This document shows, piece after piece, positions 25,276-36,884 of a stretch of 64,000 nucleotides of DNA (its first letter is position 1; every line of letters begins with the position of its first letter). A program made the position numbers and the translations under genes. Source of the DNA: Octopus bimaculoides (lineage: Eukaryota); NCBI RefSeq assembly GCF_001194135.2, contig NC_068981.1, positions 145,718,324-145,782,323 of the forward strand, in the 5' to 3' direction. The notes beneath the pieces are model-generated. The model was not told where the DNA came from, searched no databases, and worked only from the letters and a program-made list of their open reading frames with translations.

Positions 25276-26829
25276 ATGGAAGGGTTAAGACCATAGTATA
25301 TTGGACAGTTGACCTTGGCTCCATGGGATTAAGGGCCGATATTGATCTAGGTGCACTGTGATTTACTGTCAATAAATAAATTTAGGAGTCCCAGTGCATT
25401 GCTTTACCTGAGAGGGTGATAACATTCATGCATTTTTACACACATGCATGCACACCCACATACATATATACATAACAGGTATGGGCATGGCTGTGTGGTT
25501 AAGACGTTTGCTTCAAAACCAAGTGGTTAGAGGTTCAGCAGGCAGACAGAAACTGATGAAGCCTATTGTATATGCATCATCATTTTCATCATCAATGATA
25601 CATATACACTGGGATTCTCAAAATATGTGTGTGTGTGTGTGTGTGTGTCTGCGAAACACAATGTGCTTGTGTGAGTTTGTATTTCCTGCTGTCTTCATGT
25701 GTTCACTAATTACAAACAACAACAAAATCTCATTGAAATAATGTTATTTGCTTCCAATTTTCCATATAATTATGTCTGGGCAGTCTATTATTGTTTGATG
25801 GACTTGGGGATTATTTCCTTGCTTGTGAAATAAGTGAGAGTTGATATTAGGATGGGTGTCTGGCCATTGAAAAACTCTACCCCAAAATAGTACTGTCTTA
25901 TTTTGCGCAAGCATGGAAAAGTAGACAGTATGATGATGATGATGATGATGATGATAATGATGATGAACAGCGAAATTGCTTAAAACTTGGCTTAATATAA
26001 AAAATCAGTGATACTGTCAATGGAAATGTAAAAGCTAGAAGAGATGAATTTAACAGCTTGATTGTAAAAGTCTATGATAGAAAACTGTTGATAATGTGTC
26101 TGAGTTAATATGTACATGTACAATTGATTTGGTAACAAGGAAGACCTTCATGAGATGAAGAAAAAGAAAGCTTTACAAAAGAGAATTAAATAATTGAGAC
26201 AACAGACCTATGATGATGAATTTTTAGAAAAGAAATTTGTAAAGTATACTTCATGCATTTTGGAGATGCTACAATATAGATTCTAAGATCTGTAGCAATG
26301 AAGAAGAGATTTTTAGATTAATATGTTATTTAGCCAGATTTACATTTACTAAAGATTGTGAAATAATGGGAAATATTTTCTTATAATAGAATTGTTTTTT
26401 TTAATATTGTCTTAGAGACAATATCAATATCAGAAGTATCAGAACAATATGTTAGTCTTTTACATGGATCTTAGCATAATATTGCAGAGATCCATGATAT
26501 TAGGAGATAAGAGTTGATGGCAGAAAGAGCATCCAATTGAAGGAAAACCTGCCTCAATCAACTCTGTTCAACTTTTGCAAGCATGGAAAAGTGGGCTTTA
26601 AAATGCTGATGAGGATGATGACAAATAAGAAACATGTTTTACAATTTCAGGCTTATGAGGTAGAATTATTTATTTATTTATGGATAAAGGAAACTGGAAT
26701 GTTTTCTTTAGGCATTAAAAATATCATTTTGATATGAATGTATTTCAGTTCAAAGGAACATCTGCTGACAAAAGATGTAAATTTTCTAGTCCCACAATAT
26801 GGGAATTATTACTCTTTACTCTTTACTCA

Positions 26830-27217
26830 TTTTCTCTTTTACTTGTTTCAGTCATTTGACTGCGGCCATGCTGGAGCACCGCCTTTAGTCGAGAAAATCA
26901 ACCCCATGACTTATTCTTTGTAAGCCTAGTACTTATTCTATCGGTCTCCTTTTGCCAAACCGCTAGGTTACGGGGACGTAAACACACCAGCATCAGTTGT
27001 CAAGCGATGGTGGGGGGACAAACAGACACACACACATATATATATATACATATATACGATGGGCTTCTTTCAGTTTCTGTCTACCAAATCCACTCACAAG
27101 GCTTTGGTCGGCCCGAGGCTACAGTAGAAGACACTTGCCCAAGGTGCCACGCAGTGGGACTGAACCCGGAACCATGAGGTTGGTAAGCAAGCTACTTACC
27201 ACACAGCCACTCCTGCA
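26830..27217 (-). mobile_element. SINE family A, full length
   Basis: Full match to the other family A copies. Confidence 0.9.
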
Positions 27218-29012
27218 CCTATTATTGAAGAAAACTTAATGTGTTTGTTGCGACGTTGAATGCAGCTGGACAGAATGATGCGTAGAAGACAAAATGCTAT
27301 ATGATGATGATAACGATGATCATAATGCTAATGAGGATGAAAATCCTCAAAATATAGAAGGACAGAAAGGAAGAAACCAAGACAGAAATGGGGGAGGGGA
27401 CAAAGATAATTGTAGCATGAAATGTATTGAGAAAAGTGAGGAAGAACAGTATTGCCTACACCATCTTTAAATAACAAATTGAAACCATGTCTCTTTTTTT
27501 CAAAAGGCATTAGCAACTGAATGAAGCACTTCCAACTAGGAATCAAAACCAAGTTGCCAAATCAGTTTTCTAAGAAGTGTGGTCAAACAGTCTAAGATAC
27601 TACTTACTTCTGCACCTGTACACTCTGCATGATGAACTATTAGCAATTTAGTACCCAGATTAGTCGGTTAAATGCAATGCTTATTTTTTGACATTGTCTT
27701 GAATTATTTATGCTATATTTTGTAGCTTCAATATTTCGATGATGTGATTGTTTAGTTTTAGACAGACATTATAGGTTAAGATATGAAAGGCTAGTTCTGG
27801 CCAGTTTGAACATAAAACAATAAGAATATTTTAAACAGATATGACCAATTTAAATGCTATAGGGTTAATATGGTCTCAAAATTTAGTTAAGTACTTTGGG
27901 GTGTTAATCAATAATTTAATAGAGTTCTCTTCAGATCCCTAAAATACATAATAGACCAAAGGGAAATAAGCCTCAGGACTTCCTGACACCAACTACTACT
28001 CAGTGCGTACTTGGTGCTTTTTATATGATACCAGCACTAGTGAGGTCACCAAGTAACCTGCAAAACAAAGACAATGACCTATCAATTGAGCAGGGTAGTA
28101 GTAATTTCCAATATACTGTGCAAAATGGTTGTGTTAGGAAGGGCAATCAACCATAGAAACCATGTCACAAATGGAATGTTATGAATGAGATATGGATCTC
28201 CAACCTATCTAGATGGGCAGTAACTCCAATAGATAGCCTCCTTAGATCTTGATGCCCCATCCAATCCATGCCAGATTGAAAAGAAGATATAAAAATGATG
28301 ACGACAATGATGATTATGACATTCAGCAACCTTCTGCATAGTTTCCATCAACCAAATTTTATTCATATGACATTTGTTGACCCATGGCTATCGTAGGATA
28401 CACTTTCTGAATTATCATGTAGTAGGATCAAATCTAGAAGCATTTGATTGTGAAGTGAATTCCTTAATCACATGACCAGTATAACTGATATATATATATG
28501 TATAAATATATTTATATAAATGTATATATTATTCATATATATCATAAAACACATATTTATAAATAGATATATTTATAAAAAATCTTAACATATAAAATAT
28601 CAATTCACATTTGAAGTTCTTTGCTTGTTATGTTCAATCTTTCTGTCGTACTGGGGGGAGAAAGCAAGGACTGTGCTGAGAGAGGTGAAAGCAAGAGAAG
28701 AAACCTATAACAGAGAGTAACAGATTAGAATAGATAAATAGAGAGGTTGGAGTGCTAGTGAGACAAGCAGTTGAGCAAGTACACAATTAAATATAAGGAG
28801 AGGTGGAAAAATAGTGAGAGATGAAACATACTGTAAGAGAGGAGAAGTGGAAAGACGCTAAAGAGGGAGGATTAGAGATATAATGGGAGGGAGAAAGAAA
28901 GATCCATGTATGATATTGAAGTGAGTGTGACAAGAAGATGTTGGGACATGAAGAAGAGAGGTAGAGGCAGATTTTGATTGACAGAAAAAGGTGAAACACA
29001 CCTAAATACATA

Positions 29013-29425
29013 CAAGTCGTTGTCAACTTACAACCACAATTGATTCCAACTGACTGTTCGAAAGTCAGCCTATAGGCCTACATAGCTTTGTTTTATATTT
29101 TTACTTTCTTAAGGTACATTCTCAGGTAACAGTCACACACAGCATTCTGTATTATACTACAACAGTGTTATTTGTTCGGAGTCTCAAGCAGTCATCTAAT
29201 AAACAAATACGAGGTTGCCTCACTGTATCCGCGAGGATATTCACCAAACACTTGGGATAACCATAGTAGCGATTGAAAACCAAACCTAGGGTAAGCATTT
29301 GTTAGCTGACGTCATCTGTAGATGGGTTAATCTCTAAGAAATTAAACCCATTAGATTTCAACTGGACTACTGAGAGCTGGGGCACCAATTGTCGTAAAGT
29401 CAATCGGTCATAAGTCAATGACAAC

Positions 29426-29428
<3 letters not shown>
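29013..29428. mobile_element. pogo/Tigger-like MITE
   Basis: TA-flanked imperfect TIRs CAAGTCGTTGTCAACTTACAACC and CAGGTTGTCATTGACTTATGACC. Confidence 0.55.
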
Positions 29429-29473
<45 letters not shown>

Positions 29474-30094
29474 CTAGGAAGGGCATCCAGCCATGGAGGC
29501 CATGCCAAATCAGACTTGAGTCTGGTGCAGCCTTCTAGCTTGCCAGCCCTGGTCAAACCATCCAATCCATGCCAACATGTACAACAGATGCTAAATGATG
29601 ATCACACACACACACACACATATATATATGTGTATCAAATGAATAAGTAAAATTAATGGACAAAAGAATATGCACAAGAAATGTATTAGCTTGATGCTCA
29701 GTGAAAAGAGAGAGTTCGACATTTCAAGCATAGTTCTTCATCAGAAAAAAGAAAGGGAAAAGACCAAAGAAGGAAAAGAAATTGCCAACATGACATGTGT
29801 AATTACACACACACACACATATTAACATGTGTGTGTGTGTTATAGGGAGGAAGGGTAGAAGTGAAGTATGATAGTGAATCAGTGAGACTAATGAAGGAGA
29901 ATGAAGAGAGTTAAGAAAAATAAGTGTGAAGATAAAAATTGAGACCAAATGAAACTGGGGAGAAAATGGAGCAATGCTTGATAAACATTAAGAATTACTG
30001 AGAGGAAGCAGGAATGAACACCATTATTTTTAAATGTATTCTGCTAGTTCATGCACATTGTTTGTATTTGATTTTGTTGACTACACAGTATAGT

Positions 30095-30859
30095 AGGGTC
30101 AGTTGGGCACCGTCTGCGAGAAAAACAGCACCATGATGCAATTCACTCTGCCAGAAATTTGGAAACAACATGCCCTACTGCTTAGCCAGTAAGAAAATTT
30201 CAGAGTGTTTGGGTGACAATATGAGGACATGTGCCAAGAGTGATAAAAATCAAACATCCAGTCAACATCATAGTGTTTGGAGTGATCACTAATGATGGTG
30301 ACGTTATGCCTCCACTCATTTTCCCACATGGCCTCAGACTCAACACGGAGGCCTACATCAAGTGCTTGGAGGAGGTAGTGATGTCCTGCGTCAAGAATGT
30401 GGCTGCTGGAAGACCCTATGCCTGGCAACAGGACTCTGCACCATGCCACACAAGCAGAAGAACCCAGTCATGGCTGTCAGACAATTTTTGTGACCACATC
30501 ACCCTTAACATCTGTCTACCTAACTCCCCAGACTGCAAGCCCGTTGATTATTGTGTGTGGGGTGCAGTTGAGTGAGAGACCAACAAAACTCCTAGTAACA
30601 CTAAAGATGAACTGAAGGACAGATTATGGCAGCACTGACCAACTTAAACAAGGAGGAGACCGTCCAGAAGAGTTGCAGGAGATTGCGAAGTCGTCTGGAG
30701 GCCGTGATTGAAGCCACTGGCGATTTTACTGAATAAATTTATTCTTTAGTATTTCAAGATATTTTTATTTGATTTTGGTAAATATATCTGTTCAAATGAA
30801 ATGTCAGTGTTATTTTCATTTTTGCGTAATTTAGACAACAGTTTATTCACTGCACCCTG
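30095..30859 (+). mobile_element. maT (DD37D) transposase 3' half plus terminal repeat
   Basis: WQQDSAPCH...PNSPDCKPVDYCVWG, with 37 residues between the second and third Asp; ends cactgcaccctg-TA. Confidence 0.9.
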
Positions 30860-30925
30860 TATATGTATATATATATATATATACATACATAGAAAGAGAG
30901 AGAGATGTGTGTGGTGTGTGTGTAT

Positions 30926-30961
<36 letters not shown>

Positions 30962-32782
30962 CTCGTGAAGTATATTTGCCACCTAAATGTGGTTCACCCA
31001 TAAGGGTTGATGCCACTGTTGCTTGTAGCGCCAGGAAGACATCTCATCCAGCTGGCTAGATAGATATTTATATATATATTGTGCTCTACAATACTCTGGT
31101 TATATGGATGTACACATCAACACATAATTTTTCTGTATGGGTGAGAACATCTTTTCAATAGTTTTTCCATTACTTTTTGTATGAATAATCCTTGACACCA
31201 CACCTTTGGGCACAGATGTTACAAATTGAATGTTTGAAGCATAAACCTACACACCATTTGCCATGCAGCTGTTATACAGATCTGAGTGAATAGAACTATG
31301 ACCAAAAGTGTTCCACCCATGACCATCCCATCTCTTTCTGATTCAGAGCATTTAGGAGTACTTAATTCAATATGTCCTTTTTTTCTTAAGATGGTAGCAT
31401 GTGACTGGAAACAGATTTGGCTGCTAGTTCAAGAGGTTGATAACCACACAGAAGTTCCTTTACAATCTAAATTCTCAATATAAGATTTAGAGTGACAAAA
31501 TATGTTTTCATTTGTCAGCTCTCCAGCTGTAAAAGAGATACACAAAAGGAACTCAGCTGATGCCTGATGACTCTGACTACTAAAGATTTATTGGAAGAGG
31601 GTTGCAAATCCATTATAGAGAAATTTGTGTTGTGGTTATTTTGGCAAAGATATGAATCATGTACCTGTTTGGAATAGGTTGGAAAAAACAGTAATTTTAG
31701 GATGATGATATAACAGTCGTTGCATATGTTTCTGAGTTGCAAAGATGTGTGTACATGTAAAAAGGACTTGATGAAATTCAGGTCAGTTTTAATGCCAATA
31801 GCTTAAGTAATTAACATATAATGTTTCAGATTTGTAAGCCATGATTTCACTTCACAAGTGTTGCAAATTATTAGGTAAAAAGTATTTCCTTTTTTTTTTT
31901 TTTTTGTTTCAATCTACTAAGATAGTAAAATCAATCTAGATTTGAGAGTGGTTTTAATAGGAAGACATCTATGTATTTAGTAAATGCTGCATACATCCAA
32001 GCCTATATCTGAATTTGCATACCTATCCAACTGACAGCAGTATGGACAAATTAGGCATAAAAATCAATTCATGTCACTGAGTTGGATACAACAAAACGAT
32101 ATAGGAAGATGTAAATTCTTTAAAATATCTATCTTAAATTTTATAGGAAAGATAGCTCAAGAAGATTAGTACTGCAAGAGAATTGTCTTGCAAACATAAT
32201 TTATGGAAACAACAGTTAGAAAATGAAAACCTTGAAGAATATCTGGTATCAAAACATGTCATATAGTGTTCTAATACTTAAGAAATCAGACATCATCAAT
32301 TTAGAAACTTTGCCAGAGTTGATCACTCATTGTTTGCCAATTTTGGCTTGGAGCTGAGAAAAAAATAATGATAATATTGATAACTATCAAACATTACATG
32401 ATACAAAAGATCGTTTTTTTTTTAGTTCAGACAAAAATATTGATGTCATAATGATTTTCTTCAACAATGATTATAGTTGAATGTCTACTGAACAAAAAAA
32501 TGATAACCTGAATTTAAAAATAGTATCATTTCATAATTTAGTTTTTAAATTCCAAACATGAGATCAATGACATTTTTGATCACTCAAACAATTCTATCAT
32601 ACACAACAAAATTTTTAAAATTAACTTATACCTAGAAAACAATACCTAAAGCTCCTTGATCCACTTCCTAAACAGATCTCACCGGTCTCAGAAAGCCTGC
32701 AAGGCTATGGGAACAACAGCCTCTTCTTCCTGACAATTTTTTTTTTTAATTCGTTTTCTGTATGTTGATGCTCAACGCATCA

Positions 32783-34309
32783 TTATATGCGGTTTGCTAA
32801 TTTTTTCGTGCAAAATACATATATTTGCTTCTTTGTGAGGTATAGAAGCAGGAAGCCAGATGCCATGAATATGTACAAAATGTAAGTACGAACTTTCTCT
32901 GAATATACTCCAGTTTGAGAAAGATTTTTCAGTTCGTCTAAACTCATATGCCTGGCAGCATACACTGATTTATCTGGAAATATACCTTTCAAACTATATG
33001 GACCGTGTTTTGATTTTATCAACCACATTCGGTCCATTAGCTGATTATTATTAACATAAAAGACTTCCCAGAAGACATGACTCTTGTTGAAAACGTTCAA
33101 ACGACCAAATGCTTCTTTTTTATGGTGTGTGGTTGCAAAAGCTGACCAATGTTCACGAAATGATGAAATAGAATCAACGATATAGTTATAACCAAATGTT
33201 CCTATTACAATATGAACAGGACCTGGAGCGTCTTTATAATTATAAGCCAGAACTCGTTTTTGATAAATAGGCCACGTTCTTTCATAACAATGTTCATGTC
33301 CACTGAGGATGAGATCAACTCCATATGTAAATAAAATCTTTTCAAGAACGGCCCGAACTTTTGAATTGTCTGAAGCACAATCTTCCATCAAATTCTCAAC
33401 AGAGCAATACAGAGGTCTATGCGCAAGAACGAAGATCCAAGGTACTTGTTCCCGATTTGCATTCGCTTTAATCAAATCATTTTTCAGCCAATCTAGTTGG
33501 TCATTCATTGCAAGATCATTTTTTATAAAATGTTCTGTTACTAAAGAAATTACATGAACAACACCAATATCTAAACTGTACCAGAGTTGATTACTTATTG
33601 CTGGCCAATTTTGGTTCGGAACCGAAAATCGATGTCGATAATGTTCATAATTGTCAAATGATTCATGATCGCCCGGTACAGTGAGGTAAGGGATTCGAGA
33701 GACCATATTTTTAAGTTTAGATAAAAATATGTCTCCAACGATGCCATCATTTGATGCTAGGTTATAAGCAATGTCCCCAATGTGAAAAATCGAAGTGTAC
33801 CTGTTGTTTATTGATTCTTGGACAACATACGGTATGCCCCCCGAACGCATACCCATGTCAGCGATTACAAGAAAAGATTGTGTAATACTACTTGATGTAG
33901 GCGATTGCGGTACTGTGAACGATTCGATTGGATCAAGGTATGAATTAGATTTATTTTGGCGTATGATCTGATAGTAATATGTGTTCTCGGGTAGAAGGTT
34001 AGACAAAACAACTCGGTGAAAAAATCTTTTCTTTGCGGAGTTGAACTGAACTGTTTTACCGATAGAAATCTGAGAGAGAAGACTTTTTGTAAATCCATAT
34101 CTAACACGAGGTGGAATGTTTTTATCGTAGTCAAGGTTTGTAGAGCACCATAAAATACAAATTTGGTTTGTTTTGTTACCAAATGAAATGTGAACTGTTC
34201 TCACCTCGGATATACTGTTATAATTTTCTTTTGGTTTCATGATGGAATGCTGAATAGAAATATCAATGAAGAAAAGTAACCAAAAGAGAGAAAACCGACT
34301 TTCCAACAT
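32783..34309 (-). CDS. ACP7: Purple acid phosphatase (ACP7/PAPL-like), single coding exon, 508 aa, predicted signal peptide and C-terminal TM helix
   Basis: Uninterrupted ORF. The first in-frame ATG is at 34309 (the ORF track starts at a GTG at 34360, just after an in-frame TAA). Motifs ADMG, GDIAY, GDHE (canonical GNHE), VLAH and GHEH, with an N-terminal PAP-type domain. Confidence 0.92.
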   Translation of the reverse strand: MLESRFSLFWLLFFIDISIQHSIMKPKENYNSISEVRTVHISFGNKTNQICILWCSTNLDYDKNIPPRVRYGFTKSLLSQISIGKTVQFNSAKKRFFHRVVLSNLLPENTYYYQIIRQNKSNSYLDPIESFTVPQSPTSSSITQSFLVIADMGMRSGGIPYVVQESINNRYTSIFHIGDIAYNLASNDGIVGDIFLSKLKNMVSRIPYLTVPGDHESFDNYEHYRHRFSVPNQNWPAISNQLWYSLDIGVVHVISLVTEHFIKNDLAMNDQLDWLKNDLIKANANREQVPWIFVLAHRPLYCSVENLMEDCASDNSKVRAVLEKILFTYGVDLILSGHEHCYERTWPIYQKRVLAYNYKDAPGPVHIVIGTFGYNYIVDSISSFREHWSAFATTHHKKEAFGRLNVFNKSHVFWEVFYVNNNQLMDRMWLIKSKHGPYSLKGIFPDKSVYAARHMSLDELKNLSQTGVYSEKVRTYILYIFMASGFLLLYLTKKQIYVFCTKKLANRI

Positions 34310-34404
34310 ATTGTATTCCCTCAGAATCAACCGGCGGAAAACAGGGAAATGAAATGACACATGTTATGAAGTCGAGGAGGATAACAAATAAAGTTCAGTG
34401 AAAT

Positions 34405-34445
34405 CTAGGGTTACAGAAATAGAAACGTGGAAAACGAAACGAAAC
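34405..34445 (-). promoter_or_regulatory. Candidate 3' splice acceptor of a 5'-UTR intron
   Basis: Minus strand reads tttcgttttccacgtttctatttctgtaaccctag|atttc, 96 nt upstream of the ATG. Confidence 0.5.
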
Positions 34446-36498
34446 AGTATTTAATTTAACAAAAAAATAAAAAGAAACGAAAATGCATGAAACAAAAAAT
34501 AATCGAAAGTAGAAACGCTGGAAAACCCTTTCATTTAAAGAAAATTGAGAAAAAAAAATGGTTATTCACATTCAAATTCAAAAGTAAATTCTAATACTGA
34601 AATTAATTTCCCTTTTCTACATAGATTATTTTCCTAACAACTTAGCTTCTATTTATGTGGAAGTATGTTGACTTCAGAAAGAAAAAAATATACACGTAAG
34701 GATTTTAATAAAATTATTCTTTAGCATTGAACTAATATTAAAAAAAAAACTGAACTGCATAAAAAAGTTGTTAATTAGAGCAGGGAAACGAAATGGTCGA
34801 AATATATTGAACTATTTTTATAATGAAATCAAGAAATGTTGACGGATTTGATAATTAAAGGGAGTTAACTCTCATCTTAACCCTGTCAATTACAGATACG
34901 CATTTAACAATTGTTGTTTTTTTTATGATTATTATCATTATAAATTTAAAAAATCATTATTATTTCAAAACTTGTAAATCGGTGCAATAGATACATGGTT
35001 ATAATTAATCAACAGTTCAAATTTAATTTGGTATCAAAACAAACCAAATTTATCAATTTTCTGTCTGAAATGCAGTAAGTTGATTCTGAGAAAATACAAT
35101 ATGTCAGAGATATAGTTTCTGGGTTAGAAATGTATTAATATTGTCAGAAAGGTATTAATAATGAAAAATGTTGAACTTATAAGAAATCAGTTTAAATCGC
35201 TTCTCACAGCCCTTCCATCATTAAAGCTCTTTGAAAGGTAAGCCCCTCACATCCACATCATTTCTACATCTCTTGTGCATAGGAATCAATTTGTAAAATC
35301 TATACAGTTTATTTCATAATCATCATTTAAAAGTCCACTTTTTAATGCTTGTACAGATCAGACAGAGTTTGTTGAGGTGGATTTTCTGTGGCTGGATGCT
35401 TTTCCTGTTGCCAAATCTCACCTGTTTCCAAGCAATGTAATATTTCCCTATGGCCAGACTTGTTTTCGCACAATATTCAAAATGAATGACACAGCTTGTA
35501 TTATAGCGACACTCATTTTACAGCTATCACATGATGTCAAGATAAGGACACACACATACATTCGTGCACAACAGGCTTCTTTCCGTTTCCATCTACCAAA
35601 TCCATTCACAAGGATTTAGATGGTCTGAGGCTATAATAGAAGACATTTGCTGAGGAGCTACACAGTGGACTAAACTCAGAACCATGTGATTGGAAAATAA
35701 ACTTCTTACCACACAACCATGCCTGCACCTATATTTTTGTAGAAATGTAATAGATAACAATGTTAGACATAATTAAAATTTCTTGGCTCAAGAATAGCTC
35801 AAATATGTTAGTGCCCAGTTAACCTAGAGTATTTCCCCATTGTTATACTTTCATATTACTGTAAATATGTGCCCAATACATTCTCCACAGCAGAAAAAAA
35901 AACAAAACATTTTTCCACATATATATTTTCTGATATTTTTCTGTTTATTTATTTCTGATTAGAGGATTCTTTTAGTTTATAATTACAAAATGTAAGTAAC
36001 AAGTTACAGTAAGCAACTGACATTAAAAATGAAAATTTTTTTTTTAAAAAAAGAAAACAAAAACAATTCAGAATTGTAACCTCCAGAATTTTTAAATGCA
36101 GACTTCAATAAAAAATTAATTAATTAATTAAAATTTAAAAATCAAAGACTTTAGAATAAAAGAAAACAGTTGGCAGGGGGCAAAATTAAACATTTTTAAA
36201 GGGTGGTTTTTTTTCTTTTTTTCTTTTTGTGTAGGGGGAAATCATTATCTCTGTTGTTGAAAACAGATGAATCTGAAGAAAGTGTGTGTGTGTGTGTGTG
36301 CGTGCATGCATGAATGATGCTTGGCACAGCCACTGTATAGTGTTCGTCATATTTCTGCTGATCTTCGGACCTTTGCAGATGGATGAAATTGAAGTAGTTC
36401 ATTGTTCTCGAACCGGTAGAATTGTTGTATATGGTGAAAAAAAAAAAATTCTTGCATCCTTTATATTTTCCGTATGTTGTCAACCATTACCAAGTTGA

Positions 36499-36884
36499 TG
36501 GAGGCGCAATGGCCCAGTGGTTAGGGCAGCGGACTCGCGGTCATAGGATTGCAGTTTCGATTCCCAGACCGGGCGTTGTGAGTGTTTATTGAGCGAAAAC
36601 ACCTAAAGCTCCACGAGGCTCCGGCAGGGGATGGTGGCGAACCCTGCTGTACTCTTTCACCACAACTTTCTCTCACTCTTACTTCCTGTTTCTGTTGTGT
36701 CTGTAATTCAAAGGGCCAGCCTTGTCACAGTGTGTCACGCTGAATATCCTCAAGAACTACATTAAGGGTACACGTGTCTGTGGAGTGCTCAACCACTTGC
36801 ATGTTAATTTCACGAGCAGGCTGTTCCGTTGATCGGATCAACTGGAACCCTCAACGTCGTAAGCGACGGAGTGCCAACAACAAC
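36499..36884 (+). mobile_element. tRNA-derived SINE family C, full length with TSD
   Basis: A/B-box head and (CAA)n tail; TSD ACCAAGTTGA at 36489-36498 and 36885-36894. Confidence 0.92.

Noticed and set aside
31180-31527. Minus-strand frame with Cys residues and a TM-like stretch (GGTLLVIVLFTQICITAAW)
   Set aside because: It has an internal TGA, no recognisable family and no supporting exon; it may be chance or TE decay.
36499-36575. tRNA-like sequences at SINE heads (also 45719, 51744, 60315)
   Set aside because: They are degenerate tRNA-derived heads continuous with the SINE bodies and TSDs, not tRNA genes.
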